Source of the DNA: Vulcanimicrobiota bacterium
Lineage (GTDB): Bacteria > Vulcanimicrobiota > Vulcanimicrobiia > Vulcanimicrobiales > Vulcanimicrobiaceae
DNA: 64,000 nt
Reading direction: 5' to 3'
NCBI GenBank assembly: GCA_963695225.1
Contig: OY968762.1
Location: forward strand, 736,001-800,000
Every line of letters starts with the position of its first letter. Position 1 is the first letter of the stretch. The position numbers were made by a program, and so were the translations under genes. Below the pieces are notes generated by a model. That model searched no databases. It was not told where the DNA came from and saw only the letters and a program-made list of their open reading frames with translations. Positions 18,159-28,234 of this stretch are shown piece by piece.

Positions 18159-19193
18159 ATGAGCGAGAAGAAACTGCGCGTCGGCGTCGTCGGTTCCAGC
18201 TTCGGCGGAACCGTGCACGTGCCGTCCTATCGCGCGCAGGGCCGATTCGAAGTGGTGGCGATCGCCTCGCCCACGAGCGCGGCCGAGGTCGCGCGCAAGC
18301 GCCGGATCCCGCATGCCTTCGCTTCGGCCGAGGAGATGCTCGCCGCCGTCGAACTCGACGTCGTCTCCGTTGCGACGCCACCGTTCTCGCACCGCCACGA
18401 CGTTCTCGCGGCGCTCGCACGCGGGAAGCACGTGCTCTGCGAAAAGCCGTTCGCGCTGAACGTCGCCGAGGCCGAGGAGCTCGTCGAGGCGGCGGCGCGG
18501 GCGGGGACGGTCTGCGCGCTCGCGCACGAGTTCCGCTACACGCCGGCCCGCATCGCGATCCGCGAGTTGGTCGAGAACGGGCATCTCGGCCCGCTACGCG
18601 AGATCGAGGTGACGTTCTTCGCCGGGATGCTGCGCGCATCCGGGACGCGCGCGAATTCGTGGTGGTTCGAGCGCCGGCGCGGCGGCGGCCTGAGCGGGGC
18701 GATCCTCTCGCACATGATCGATCTCGCAACGCACCTCGCGGGCCGCCCGCCGCAACGCGCGACCGGCTTCGAGCGCACCGCGAATCCGCTCCGCACCTCG
18801 GGCGGGAGCACGTTCTCCAGCGACGTCGCCGACGGCGCGTTCGCGCTGATCGACTACGGTGAGGGCCTGACGGCGCGCGTCAGCGTCGACGGAACGCTCG
18901 CCGCCTCCTCGATGACGGCCGCCGTGCACGGCGAACTCCGCTCCGTCGCCTCGACCGGCCCGGACCTCGTCAGCGCGACGACGTTCACGATCGACGAAGA
19001 CGAAACGGCCGAACTCGAACTACGCCCCATGGCGCACGCGAAGCTCGCCGCAGCGCATCCGAACCTCCCGCAATTCGTGAGCCTGCTCGACGAATTCGCC
19101 GCCGCGATCGACGGCAAACCCGCCCGCTATCCCACCTTCGCCGAAGGCCTCGCCACGCAAAGAGTCCTCGCCGCCGTCGGCTACGGCGCATAA
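18159..19193 (+). CDS. Gfo/Idh/MocA family oxidoreductase
   Basis: VGVVGSSFG, GKHVLCEKPFA, HEFRYTP, GGG...SHMID. Confidence 0.92.
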   Translation: MSEKKLRVGVVGSSFGGTVHVPSYRAQGRFEVVAIASPTSAAEVARKRRIPHAFASAEEMLAAVELDVVSVATPPFSHRHDVLAALARGKHVLCEKPFALNVAEAEELVEAAARAGTVCALAHEFRYTPARIAIRELVENGHLGPLREIEVTFFAGMLRASGTRANSWWFERRRGGGLSGAILSHMIDLATHLAGRPPQRATGFERTANPLRTSGGSTFSSDVADGAFALIDYGEGLTARVSVDGTLAASSMTAAVHGELRSVASTGPDLVSATTFTIDEDETAELELRPMAHAKLAAAHPNLPQFVSLLDEFAAAIDGKPARYPTFAEGLATQRVLAAVGYGA

Positions 19194-19255
19194 GCGCAGA
19201 TTCTCCGGCCTGTTTGGAAGGCCGAAGGTGTTCGTGCAGGCAGTATTGCCCGCGG

Positions 19256-20524
19256 CTAGACTTGCTGCGCTACCGGTGCGCTGCGGTCCAGGTGGCGCCA
19301 TACGAGGTTCAGCGCCGTCGTGACGGCGCGGTGACGCACGTCGGCGCGGGTCCCCGGGAACGTGAGTTTTCGAACGAGCGTCTCATGCGGCGTTGCTAGG
19401 CCGAAGTAGACCAGGCCGACGGGCTTCTCCGGAGTGGCGCCGGTCGGGCCGGCGATACCGGTCGTCGCGATCGCGACGTCGGTTCCGAGGCGTTTGCGCG
19501 CGCCGCGCGCCATCGCTTCGGCGACTTCGGGGCTCACAGCGCCGTACGTTTCGAGCATCTCCGCGGGGACGTCGAGCAGCGCGCGCTTGACCGCATTGTC
19601 GTACGCGACGATTCCGCCGAGGAACACGGCCGACGCGCCCGGGACGCGCACGATCGCATCCGCGAGCCCGCCCCCCGTGATCGACTCCGCGGTGCCGAGC
19701 GTGAGGCCGCGCGCCTCGAACTCGCGGACGATCGCGCCTTCGAGCGTGTCGGCGTCGACGCCGAAGATGCCGTCGCCGATCAGTTCGCGCAACTCCGCTT
19801 CGACCGGCGCGATCGCGGCGCGCGCGGCGGCTTCGTCGGCGGCTTTCGCCATGATCTTCACGTCGACGCGCCCTTCGTGGGCGAGCATCGCGATTTTCGG
19901 GTTTTCGAGCGTGCGGAAGAGCGTTTCGACGCGCCGGTCGAGTTCCGATTCACCGATGCCGACCGTGTGCAGCGTTCGCGTGAAGATCCCGCCGGAGAGT
20001 GCGTAACGCGCGCGCAGCCACGGTATCACCTGCTCCGCGAGCATCGGCTTCATCTCCCGCGGGACGCCCGGCATGCACGCGACGAACTTGCCGTCGGCGC
20101 GAAGCGCTGCGAAGCCGGGCGCCGTCCCGTGCGGGTTCTCGAAAACGACGGCGCCTCTCGGCAGGAATGCCTGGCGCCGGTTGTTCTCCGTCATCGGCCG
20201 CCCGAACGTGCGAAAACGCGCCTCGATCGCGAGCAGCGAGGGCTCGTGCAGCTCGAGCGGCGCTCCGACCACCTGGGCGACCGCTTCCTTCGTAAGATCG
20301 TCGACCGTCGGGCCCAGCCCCCCCGTCGTCACGACGCCGTCGGCGCGCGACAGCGAAGCCGCGAGCACCGCCGCGAGTCGCTCCGCGTTATCTCCGACGG
20401 AATGCTTGAAGTACACGTCGACCCCGGCATCGGCGAGCGCGCGCGCGACGTGGGGCCCGTTCGTATCGACGAGTTGCCCCAACAGGATCTCCGTGCCGAT
20501 CGTGACGATCTCTACGCTAGGCAT
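19256..20524 (-). CDS. cinA: Competence/damage-inducible protein CinA (MoCF-like plus PncC NMN deamidase)
   Basis: IGTEILLGQLVDTN, TGGLGPTVDD, PGVPREM, AESITGG, ATTGIAGP. Confidence 0.95.
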   Translation of the reverse strand: MPSVEIVTIGTEILLGQLVDTNGPHVARALADAGVDVYFKHSVGDNAERLAAVLAASLSRADGVVTTGGLGPTVDDLTKEAVAQVVGAPLELHEPSLLAIEARFRTFGRPMTENNRRQAFLPRGAVVFENPHGTAPGFAALRADGKFVACMPGVPREMKPMLAEQVIPWLRARYALSGGIFTRTLHTVGIGESELDRRVETLFRTLENPKIAMLAHEGRVDVKIMAKAADEAAARAAIAPVEAELRELIGDGIFGVDADTLEGAIVREFEARGLTLGTAESITGGGLADAIVRVPGASAVFLGGIVAYDNAVKRALLDVPAEMLETYGAVSPEVAEAMARGARKRLGTDVAIATTGIAGPTGATPEKPVGLVYFGLATPHETLVRKLTFPGTRADVRHRAVTTALNLVWRHLDRSAPVAQQV

Positions 20525-21122
20525 GAGGACGGAGCCCTTCGAGTTCTTCTTCGAACCAATCCGGGTAGCGCACCGCGACGTCCACTTCGAACCCCTCCGC
20601 CGAGCGCATCATCGCCGCCCGCCGCGCTTTCGAATCGGCGAGCCGCGCGCGATTGCGCTGGCGCTGCACGCCCAAACACTCGATGAAGCGCGCGAACGTA
20701 TCGTCGAGCGCGCCCTGCAAGGCCGCGCGCAACACGCCGCCGACCCGCGGCGAGACGCCGCCCGTCGAGATCGCGACCCGCGCGGGCCCGGATTTCACGA
20801 TCGCTTGCATCGCGACGAAGCCGTACTTCGGCTGATCGATCGCGCACAGCAGGAAGCGGTGCCTGTCGGCCAGCGCCCGCAGGCGCGCGGCGAGCATTTC
20901 GTCCTGCGGCGTCGCGATCACGAAGAACGCGTGCGCCACGTCGTCGTCGCGCACCAGGCTCTCGTCCTTGATCCAAAGCACATCGGCGCCCGCCTCGCGC
21001 AGCGCGGCGTCCTTCTCGATCGCCTCGCGATCGTTCCCGATCACCACGCAACGCCGCCCGCGCAGGTTCAGGCTGACCGGGAAGAACAGGAACGGCGGTT
21101 CGAGGACGTTCTCGGTGCTCAT
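20517..21122 (-). CDS. Precorrin-2 dehydrogenase / sirohydrochlorin ferrochelatase (SirC/Met8-like)
   Basis: FPVSLNLRGRRCVVIG, CAIDQP, VAISTGGVSP; Rossmann Gly motif degenerate (IGNDREA). Confidence 0.75.
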   Translation of the reverse strand: MSTENVLEPPFLFFPVSLNLRGRRCVVIGNDREAIEKDAALREAGADVLWIKDESLVRDDDVAHAFFVIATPQDEMLAARLRALADRHRFLLCAIDQPKYGFVAMQAIVKSGPARVAISTGGVSPRVGGVLRAALQGALDDTFARFIECLGVQRQRNRARLADSKARRAAMMRSAEGFEVDVAVRYPDWFEEELEGLRPHA

Positions 21123-21159
21123 CGTTCGCTCGCGTTCACGCAGGCATCCTCACTACAGC

Positions 21160-22011
21160 TCAATAATCGACGGGGCGCAGATAGAACTCGTTGATCGCCG
21201 TGTTGGAGAGCATCGCCGTCGTCGGGAGGTGCCGCTTCCAATGCGTTCCGTCGACTTTGCGCCGCACGAGCCGCACTTCATCCTCGCGGAAGTTTCGCGC
21301 CTTAATCTGCTCGTTCGAATACCCGAGCAAGAGCAACGAGAGGATCGCGTCCGCGCGCGGATAGGTGATCCCGAGATCGCCTTCGTCCGTCTGATTCGCC
21401 TCGAGATCGGCGCTCGGCGCTTTGTCGACGATCGGCGCCGGGACGCCGAGTTCGCGCGCGAGCGCCCAGACCTGCGTCTTGTAGAGATCGCCGATCGGAT
21501 TGAGCGGCGGCGAATCGTCCGCGTGCCACGTGAAATAGCCTAGCAGCCGCTCCGTCTTGTTTCCGGTGCCGATCGGGAGCGCATCCAGCTTCGCCGATTG
21601 ATCGAACAGCACGATCATGCGCGTGCGCGCCATGATGTTGCCGCGCCGCCGGCCGTCCGCATCCGGCTCGAACTGCAGGTAGCCGTCGACGGCGGCCGTG
21701 ATCTCGATCGTGCGTTCGCGGCAGCCGAGCACGTCGACGACGAGTTGCGCGTGCGCGAGGCTATCGGGGCTCGAGCTCTTGTACGGCATGCGAATGCACG
21801 TCAGGTGATCGGGCCCGAGCGCGCGCGCGCACAGATACGCCGTAACGGCCGAATCGACGCCGCCGGAGAGCCCGACGACGGCGTTGCGAATGCCGCGCCG
21901 TTCGATCAACTCGTCGCGCAGGAACGCTTCGAGCCAACGAGCCGTCAGCGCCGCGTCGATCGCGAGCGAGGGGACGCGCGGCGGCGCCGCCTCGATCACC
22001 GGAAGCGTCAT
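21160..22011 (-). CDS. nadE: NAD+ synthetase, synthetase subunit
   Basis: GLSGGVDSA, GNIMARTRM, GTGNKTE, GDLYKTQV, KAPSADL. Confidence 0.95.
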   Translation of the reverse strand: MTLPVIEAAPPRVPSLAIDAALTARWLEAFLRDELIERRGIRNAVVGLSGGVDSAVTAYLCARALGPDHLTCIRMPYKSSSPDSLAHAQLVVDVLGCRERTIEITAAVDGYLQFEPDADGRRRGNIMARTRMIVLFDQSAKLDALPIGTGNKTERLLGYFTWHADDSPPLNPIGDLYKTQVWALARELGVPAPIVDKAPSADLEANQTDEGDLGITYPRADAILSLLLLGYSNEQIKARNFREDEVRLVRRKVDGTHWKRHLPTTAMLSNTAINEFYLRPVDY

Positions 22012-22976
22012 TGGACTTGGCCGGGCTCCGCCGCTTCGCGACCGGGCTGCGTCGCGGCGCCCGCCGCCCCGTCGAGGAGCGAAGCGCGCCAGTGGGCGAG
22101 GTGTGGGAGCAAATCCGAATCGAGCAGCAAGTCCGGCAGCACGGAGGCAAGATCGCCCAAGAGCGGCAGGTTCGCGCGCGCGAGATCGATCTCGGCGAGA
22201 TCGAGATCCGCCCGCAGGATGCACGCGCCGTTTGCCGGCGCGCTCGCGAGCACGTCGCCGCGCGGCCCGACGACGCACGAAGCGCCCGCCATCCCCTTGC
22301 CGCCTTCGAAGCCGGCGAGGCCCGCATAGATCACGTAGACGCCGTGTTCGATCGCGACCGCGCGCAGCAGCTGCTCCCAATGCGCCACGCTCTCCAAGCG
22401 CCCGTCGACGCCCGCGAGCCCCCGCCCGGGCGACGCGCTCGGGATCACGATGAAACGCGCGCCTTTGATCGCGGCGAGCGTCGGCATGATCGCATGCCAG
22501 GCGTCCTCGCAGATGAGGATCGCCATGCGCCCGAAGCGCGTCTCGAACGCGGTGAGCCGGCGGCCGCGCGAGAGGAAGCGCTCCTCGTCGAAGACGCCGT
22601 ACGTCGGCAGGAACATCTTCCGATGGACGTGCGCGATCCGCTCGCCGCGCGCGTCGATCTCCAGATACATCGCGGCGTTGTAATACGTCCCGCCGGAGTT
22701 CTCGTAGAACCCGAGCACGACGTCGACCGCGCGCGGGTTCGCACCGCAGGCGGCGCGCCAGCGCGCGCCGAGCTCGGCGGCCATCGCTTCGGGGCTGCGG
22801 GAGAGATCGTAGACCGCGCCTTCGAGGAAGTAGCCCGTCAGCGCTGCTTCCGGGAGCACGATCAGCTCCGGCACGGCGTCGGCCGCCGCGAGCTGCGCGA
22901 AGATCTCGGAGAGTTCGGCAAGATTCCCCGCGAGGTCGCCCTTGCGCGGCTTGCTCTGAACGATCGCGAGCTTCAC
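22008..22976 (-). CDS. Nitrilase-family carbon-nitrogen hydrolase (probable stand-alone glutaminase subunit of NAD synthetase)
   Basis: E-K-C triad (LPEAALTGY, HRKMFLPTYGVFDEERF, LICEDAW); overlaps nadE start. Confidence 0.88.
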   Translation of the reverse strand: MKLAIVQSKPRKGDLAGNLAELSEIFAQLAAADAVPELIVLPEAALTGYFLEGAVYDLSRSPEAMAAELGARWRAACGANPRAVDVVLGFYENSGGTYYNAAMYLEIDARGERIAHVHRKMFLPTYGVFDEERFLSRGRRLTAFETRFGRMAILICEDAWHAIMPTLAAIKGARFIVIPSASPGRGLAGVDGRLESVAHWEQLLRAVAIEHGVYVIYAGLAGFEGGKGMAGASCVVGPRGDVLASAPANGACILRADLDLAEIDLARANLPLLGDLASVLPDLLLDSDLLPHLAHWRASLLDGAAGAATQPGREAAEPGQVQ

Positions 22977-24385
22977 ACCACGGCCGCCGGCGCGCGATGC
23001 CGAGCTGCGCGAATCTGCGCGTCGAGTTCTTCGGCCGGATACGTCCAGATCTCGGCGAGCGTCGGATGCAGGTGCGGGATCTTCACGAAATCGTGCACGG
23101 TCGCGCGGTACGCCATCGCGACGATCATCTCGTGAATGAGGTCCGAACCCTCAGGCCCCACCACGGCGGCGCCGAGGATGCGGCCGTCGGTCGGTGAGGC
23201 CATCATCTTCACGAAGCCTTTGGTCCGATTGATCGCAATCGCCTTCCCGTGGTCGTCGAAGCGGTACGAGGCGGCGAGATACGGCGTCTCGGAACGCTGT
23301 AGTTCCTTCTCGGATTCTCCCGCGATCGCGACCTGCGGATCGGTAAACGTCGTGTGCGCCTTCTGCAGCGTGTAGTCGGCCGGCTCGTGCCTGCCGAGCA
23401 GAGCGTTGCGGGCCGCGAGTTCGCCCTGGTAGATCGCGACGTGGACGAGCGGGTACGTCCCGAGCACGTCGCCGACGGCGAAGACGTTCGGCGCAGCGGT
23501 GCGCAGATCGGGCCCGGCCTCGATCCCCGTCATCGCGTGGAACTTGACGCCGGCCTTTTCGAGATCGAGGTTCATGACGTTCGGCAGGCGGCCGAGCGCA
23601 TAGAAGATCTCGCCCGCAGCGAGGCTGCGCTCCTCGCCGCCTTGCGAGTAATGGACGATCTTTCGCTCGCCGTCGCGCTCGACGCGGGCGAACCGCGTGC
23701 GCGTCTCGATGCGGATCCCTTCGTCCCGGAACGCCGACGTCAGCGCGTCACCGACGTCGTCGTCCTCGCCCGTGAGCAAGTGGCCGCTGCGCAACAGCAT
23801 CGTCGTCGGGACGCCGAGCCGCGCGAAATACTGTCCCAGCTCGCTCGCGACGTAGCCCCCGCCGAAGACGACGAGGGACTCCGGGAGACGCTCGAGCTCG
23901 AGCGCGGCATCGCTATCGACGTACCCGGCCTCCGCGAGCCCCGGGATGACCGGCGGCGCGCTGACGCTCCCGGTCGCAACGATGACGTACTCCCCGCGGA
24001 CCGTCTCGCCGTCGCCGACGGCGACCTCGTTCGCCGAAAGAAAGCGCGCCGAACCGCGGTAGATCGGGAAGCGCTCGAGCTGCTCGACGCGGTATCCTGC
24101 GAAGCCCGCAACCACGCGCCGCTTGCGCTCGACGATCGCCCCGATATCGATGCGCGGGGCGTCCGCGTGCACCCCGAGCGCCGCAGCCTCGCGGACGTAG
24201 TGGGCCGCGTCGCCGGAGGCGAGGAGCGTCTTGGAAGGCATGCACCCGCGCAGGATGCAGAGCCCGCCTAGCGGGCCGGCATCGACGATGCCGACGCTCG
24301 CGCCGAGTTCGCGCGCGGTCCGGGCGGCTGCATAACCGCCGGAGCCGCCTCCGATGACGAGCAGGTCGTACGAATGGGTCTTCAC
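22973..24385 (-). CDS. Class I pyridine nucleotide-disulfide oxidoreductase (dihydrolipoyl dehydrogenase family)
   Basis: IGGGSGG, GGLCILRGCMPSK redox disulfide, ATGS, GDV, HPTLAE. Confidence 0.9.
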   Translation of the reverse strand: MKTHSYDLLVIGGGSGGYAAARTARELGASVGIVDAGPLGGLCILRGCMPSKTLLASGDAAHYVREAAALGVHADAPRIDIGAIVERKRRVVAGFAGYRVEQLERFPIYRGSARFLSANEVAVGDGETVRGEYVIVATGSVSAPPVIPGLAEAGYVDSDAALELERLPESLVVFGGGYVASELGQYFARLGVPTTMLLRSGHLLTGEDDDVGDALTSAFRDEGIRIETRTRFARVERDGERKIVHYSQGGEERSLAAGEIFYALGRLPNVMNLDLEKAGVKFHAMTGIEAGPDLRTAAPNVFAVGDVLGTYPLVHVAIYQGELAARNALLGRHEPADYTLQKAHTTFTDPQVAIAGESEKELQRSETPYLAASYRFDDHGKAIAINRTKGFVKMMASPTDGRILGAAVVGPEGSDLIHEMIVAMAYRATVHDFVKIPHLHPTLAEIWTYPAEELDAQIRAARHRAPAAVV

Positions 24386-24500
24386 GCCCTCCAGAACCCC
24401 GAGGCCATCCCGGCGGTGGCAGGCCGGGAGCCGCCGATCCCGGCCGGAGCCGCAATTCTAGCGGGGCCCGCGTCGTTCTGCTTGGAACTGAGGTCGGTCG

Positions 24501-26051
24501 ATGTCCGCTCACTACAGTCTCGGGGATGAGACCCCGAGGGCCCAATCACGCGTCGCGACGGCGCTCGCCGCCGCCGGGGCGGGAGCCTTCACCCTCGTCG
24601 GAGCGGCTGGTCTTTGCGTCGGTTTCATCGCCTGGTACTTCCTGATCGGGCGCATCCACGGTTCGGAAAGCCTGCACGACGGGCTCCTGTTCGGGTGCGC
24701 CGCACTCGGCGCGGCCGGAACGCTGGCAGCTTGGTACGGCTACGGGGCGTACTTCGCGCAGCGCAGCACGATCGATCTGCCGACGGCATTGCGCTGGGAT
24801 TCGCCCTCTTGGGTGGCGCTCGTGATCGGCGTCGTGGGGATCGTCGCGCCGCTCGGCGGGCTTTCTCCGAGCCGCGCGGTCGGCATCGGGATCGCGCTCT
24901 TCGCGCTGATCAAGCTCCTCGTCGCGGCGAAATTCAACTTGACCGTGCGCGACGTGCTCGCCACGTTCGTGACGACGCGCATCCCGATCTTGATGATCGC
25001 GGAACTCGCCTCGGTATTGATAGGGCAGCGCCCCGGGCAGCACGTCGCCGCCTCGACGAATCCGCTGCTCGCGGTCTGGGGCCGCTGGGACGCCGTCCAT
25101 TACCTCGATATAGCCAGGCGCGGCTACTACGGCACCGACATGGCGTTCTTCCCGCTCTATCCGGGCCTTATCAAGCTCTTCAGCGTCTTCATCGGCGACC
25201 GCCTCCTCGCGGGGCTGTTCATCTCGAACGTTGCGCTCTTTTTCGGCTGCCTGTTCTTCTACAAGCTCGTCGAGCATCAATACGATCGCACGGTCGCGCA
25301 CCGCGCCGTGTTCTACGTCTCGATCTTTCCGACGGCGATCTTCTTCTCCGCCGTCTACACGGAATCGCTGTTCTTCGCATTGACCGTCGCCTCGTTCTAC
25401 TACATTCGCGAACGCAAGTGGCTGACGGCCGGGCTCTTGGGCGGGCTCGCGGCGATGACGCGCGTCGAAGGCGTGCTGCTCTTCGTCCCGTTCGCGATCG
25501 AAGCGCTCTTCCCGAACGGCCGCTTCGCGCTGCGCGAGTTCCTCATGCCGTCGCTACGCACGCTGCGCATCGTCGTAGGAGGCGCGCTCATCCCGCTCGG
25601 GCTGCTGATCTACATGGGGATCCTCTGGGTCCTGCGTGGCGATCCGCTCTACTTCTCGCACGTGCAAGCGCACTGGGACCGGCACCTCGCGTTCCCGTGG
25701 GTTAGCGTGATCCACAGCTTCCAAACGATAGCGAAGGCCCATCTGCCGGTGACGGTTGCGGGGCAGATCATCGAACTCTCGTTCACGGCGCTGATGCTCG
25801 GCATCCTCGCCGCGAGCGTCGGCCGCATGCGCTGGTCGTACTGGATCTACATGCTCCTTTCGATCGTCGTCCCGATGTCGACCTCGAGCCTGATGAGCAT
25901 GCCGCGCTTCGCGCTCGTCCTATTCCCGATGTTCATGATGCTGGCGGTCTGGGGCAGCCGCGCGTCGATCAACAACGCGATCGTCGCGTTCAGCCTGCCC
26001 CTGTTGGGGTTGTTCACCGTGCTCTTCGCGGATTGGTATTGGGTGGCTTGA
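24501..26051 (+). CDS. GT-C fold mannosyltransferase-family membrane protein (PIG-V-like)
   Basis: WGRWDAVHYLDIARRGY, AFFPLYP, YTESLF, SMPRF; many TM helices. Confidence 0.85.
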   Translation: MSAHYSLGDETPRAQSRVATALAAAGAGAFTLVGAAGLCVGFIAWYFLIGRIHGSESLHDGLLFGCAALGAAGTLAAWYGYGAYFAQRSTIDLPTALRWDSPSWVALVIGVVGIVAPLGGLSPSRAVGIGIALFALIKLLVAAKFNLTVRDVLATFVTTRIPILMIAELASVLIGQRPGQHVAASTNPLLAVWGRWDAVHYLDIARRGYYGTDMAFFPLYPGLIKLFSVFIGDRLLAGLFISNVALFFGCLFFYKLVEHQYDRTVAHRAVFYVSIFPTAIFFSAVYTESLFFALTVASFYYIRERKWLTAGLLGGLAAMTRVEGVLLFVPFAIEALFPNGRFALREFLMPSLRTLRIVVGGALIPLGLLIYMGILWVLRGDPLYFSHVQAHWDRHLAFPWVSVIHSFQTIAKAHLPVTVAGQIIELSFTALMLGILAASVGRMRWSYWIYMLLSIVVPMSTSSLMSMPRFALVLFPMFMMLAVWGSRASINNAIVAFSLPLLGLFTVLFADWYWVA

Positions 26052-26476
26052 GCGTGGACGCGATCGCACAATTCACGCAGCGCCGAGGCGTACGCCAATT
26101 CGTGAAGTTCGGAATCGTCGGCGCCTCGGGGTTCGTCGTCAACATGGTCGTCTTCACGATCATCCAGCACTACACGCCGCCCGGCGTGCGCGCGGCCCGC
26201 TTCCCGCTCCTCTCCTCGATCGCGTTCCTGACGGGCGGCGTCACGAACTATTTCCTCAATCGCATCTGGACTTTCCGCGCCAGCGGGAACGCGCTCAAGC
26301 AGGGCGTGCAATTCATCACCGTCTCGGTGCTGGCGCTCGTCGTCGGGCTCGCGATCGCGAAGGCGACCGCGCCGTTCATCGGAACGGGGCACCGCGCGCA
26401 AGTCGTCGTCACGTTCGCGGGGATGCTCGTGAACTTCTTCATCAACAAGTATTGGACGTTTCGCAACGAGGACTGA
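26048..26476 (+). CDS. GtrA family protein
   Basis: QFVKFGIVG, NYFLNRIWTF, NFFINKYWTF. Confidence 0.9.
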   Translation: MSVDAIAQFTQRRGVRQFVKFGIVGASGFVVNMVVFTIIQHYTPPGVRAARFPLLSSIAFLTGGVTNYFLNRIWTFRASGNALKQGVQFITVSVLALVVGLAIAKATAPFIGTGHRAQVVVTFAGMLVNFFINKYWTFRNED

Positions 26477-28050
26477 GGCGTTTCGGCCCGTGGGAGCTCG
26501 GGCTGCTCGCCGTCCTCATCCTCGGGCTCGCCCTGCGCCTGCGCGGCATCCACTCGCCGCTGCTCGACCATCCCGGCTGGCGGCAAGGCGATACCGCCGC
26601 GATCGCCCGCAACTTCGCAACGCTCGAATACAACATCTTCCGCCCGCAGGCCGATTATGACGGCCCGCCGCCGAACTACGTCGAGCTGGAGCTGCAGATC
26701 GTGCCGTTCCTCGCGGCGACGCTCTACAAGATCTTCGGCGTCCACGAAATCTTCGGCCGCCTGATCTCGATCGGCTTCAGCCTCGGCACGATCGCCGTCC
26801 TCGCCTCGTTCGCCCGCTGGCTCTTCAAGAGCCCGGTCGCCGGCCTAGCGGCAGCCCTGCTGTTCGCGACGTATCCCGGCAGCCTCTACTACGGCCGCAC
26901 GTTCATGCCGGACACGACGATGGTCTTCTTCTTGACGGCCGCGCTCTTCACGACGGCGCGCTACCTCATCGAAGACGACGCCCGCTCCTGGAAGGGCTTC
27001 GCGCTCGCAGCGCCCCTGCTGGCGCTGGCGCTGCTCGCAAAACCGGTCGCGATCGTCGCCCTGATCCCCATCGCCGCCGTGATGCTCGCCCGCTCCGGCC
27101 CCGCCGCCCTCCTGCGCCCGCAGTACTACGCCCTCTTCGCCGCCGCCTTGATTCCGCTGTGGGTCTACGATCGTTCCGTCGCCTCGATCGCCGAATGGCA
27201 CTGGGCCAGCGGCATCACGCAACTCCACGTCCTCCCCGCGCTTCGCGCCGCCTTCGCCTCCCCCCACGCCCTCAAAGCGCATCTCAACGACACGTGGACC
27301 GTCCTCCAGATGCTCCCCGGAACGATGCTCGGCCCCGCCGCCTGGACGCTCGCCCTCATCTCGCTCATCGTCCCGACGAAATCACGCTCGCAAGCGATCC
27401 TGTTCGCCTGGCTCGGCGGAGCGCTCGCGTACGCGTTCGCCGTCGTCACCGTCGAGCGCGTCGACTACTACCTCTACCTGTTTCTCCCGCTGGCGGCACT
27501 CTGGAGCGGCGGCGCGCTCGCGCGCGCCGCCGACTTCCTTCCAAAGCGGAACGAACTCCGCTGGCTCGCCGTCGCGGCGGCGATCGGCCTCGCCATCCCG
27601 CTCACGATCTCGAACCGCCGCCTGGTCACGCCCTACTATCACTACAACGCCGCCGTCTACCAACGCGCCGTCACCCTCGACCGCACGCTCGACCGCAACG
27701 TCCTCGTCGTCGTGGGGCACTACGATCCGTCGGTGCTCTACTACATCAACCGCAAAGGCTGGGAAGAGGACCCGCTCCTGTGGACGCCCGTCGACGAGCG
27801 CAGCGCCATCCGCAAAGGCGCGCGTTACTTCATCTCGATCGAGCACAACCGCCTGAAGCGCAACGCGGATCTCTACGCCTGGCTCCAACGTTTCCCGCTC
27901 CAAGACCCGAACGCACTCTGGCCCGTCTACGAAACCGACTACGCCAAACAACTCCCCGGAGCCGCCAACCCGCAAACCCCGCGCATCGCACCCCAGCGAC
28001 CCCGCACTAACACGGCCCCGAATCTTAACGGCCGACGCTCGACGAGATGA
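26452..28050 (+). CDS. ArnT/PMT-like (GT-C) glycosyltransferase
   Basis: LALRLRGI...WRQGDTAAIARNF, YYGRTFMPD, ALLAKP; multi-TM; start uncertain. Confidence 0.82.
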   Translation: MDVSQRGLRRFGPWELGLLAVLILGLALRLRGIHSPLLDHPGWRQGDTAAIARNFATLEYNIFRPQADYDGPPPNYVELELQIVPFLAATLYKIFGVHEIFGRLISIGFSLGTIAVLASFARWLFKSPVAGLAAALLFATYPGSLYYGRTFMPDTTMVFFLTAALFTTARYLIEDDARSWKGFALAAPLLALALLAKPVAIVALIPIAAVMLARSGPAALLRPQYYALFAAALIPLWVYDRSVASIAEWHWASGITQLHVLPALRAAFASPHALKAHLNDTWTVLQMLPGTMLGPAAWTLALISLIVPTKSRSQAILFAWLGGALAYAFAVVTVERVDYYLYLFLPLAALWSGGALARAADFLPKRNELRWLAVAAAIGLAIPLTISNRRLVTPYYHYNAAVYQRAVTLDRTLDRNVLVVVGHYDPSVLYYINRKGWEEDPLLWTPVDERSAIRKGARYFISIEHNRLKRNADLYAWLQRFPLQDPNALWPVYETDYAKQLPGAANPQTPRIAPQRPRTNTAPNLNGRRSTR

Positions 28051-28069
28051 GGGCTAGCACGCCGCTCAG

Positions 28070-28234
28070 GTAGCGGGTGGGGCGGGGCGACGGTCTCCCG
28101 CGGGGCGTGCAGCTTTCCGGCGGAGCCACGGAGGGCGAGAGCCGGAAAGTGCACGAGTAGCGATTTCGCATGGATGCGAAATCGCGGGCGTCCCCGCGGG
28201 GGACCGTCGCCCCGCCCCACCCGCGGGCAACGCG
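28070..28234 (+). repeat. Structured intergenic repeat, copy 2 (full element)
   Basis: GTAG, then a ~33-bp terminal stem, an internal stem, and the GCGATTTCGCA-TGGA-TGCGAAATCGC hairpin; homologous to the reverse complement of 11772-11934. Confidence 0.85.

Noticed and set aside
22973..24385. Mercuric reductase MerA
   Set aside because: No C-terminal Cys-Cys pair or NmerA domain; it has the HPTLAE His-Glu dyad, and no mer genes are adjacent.
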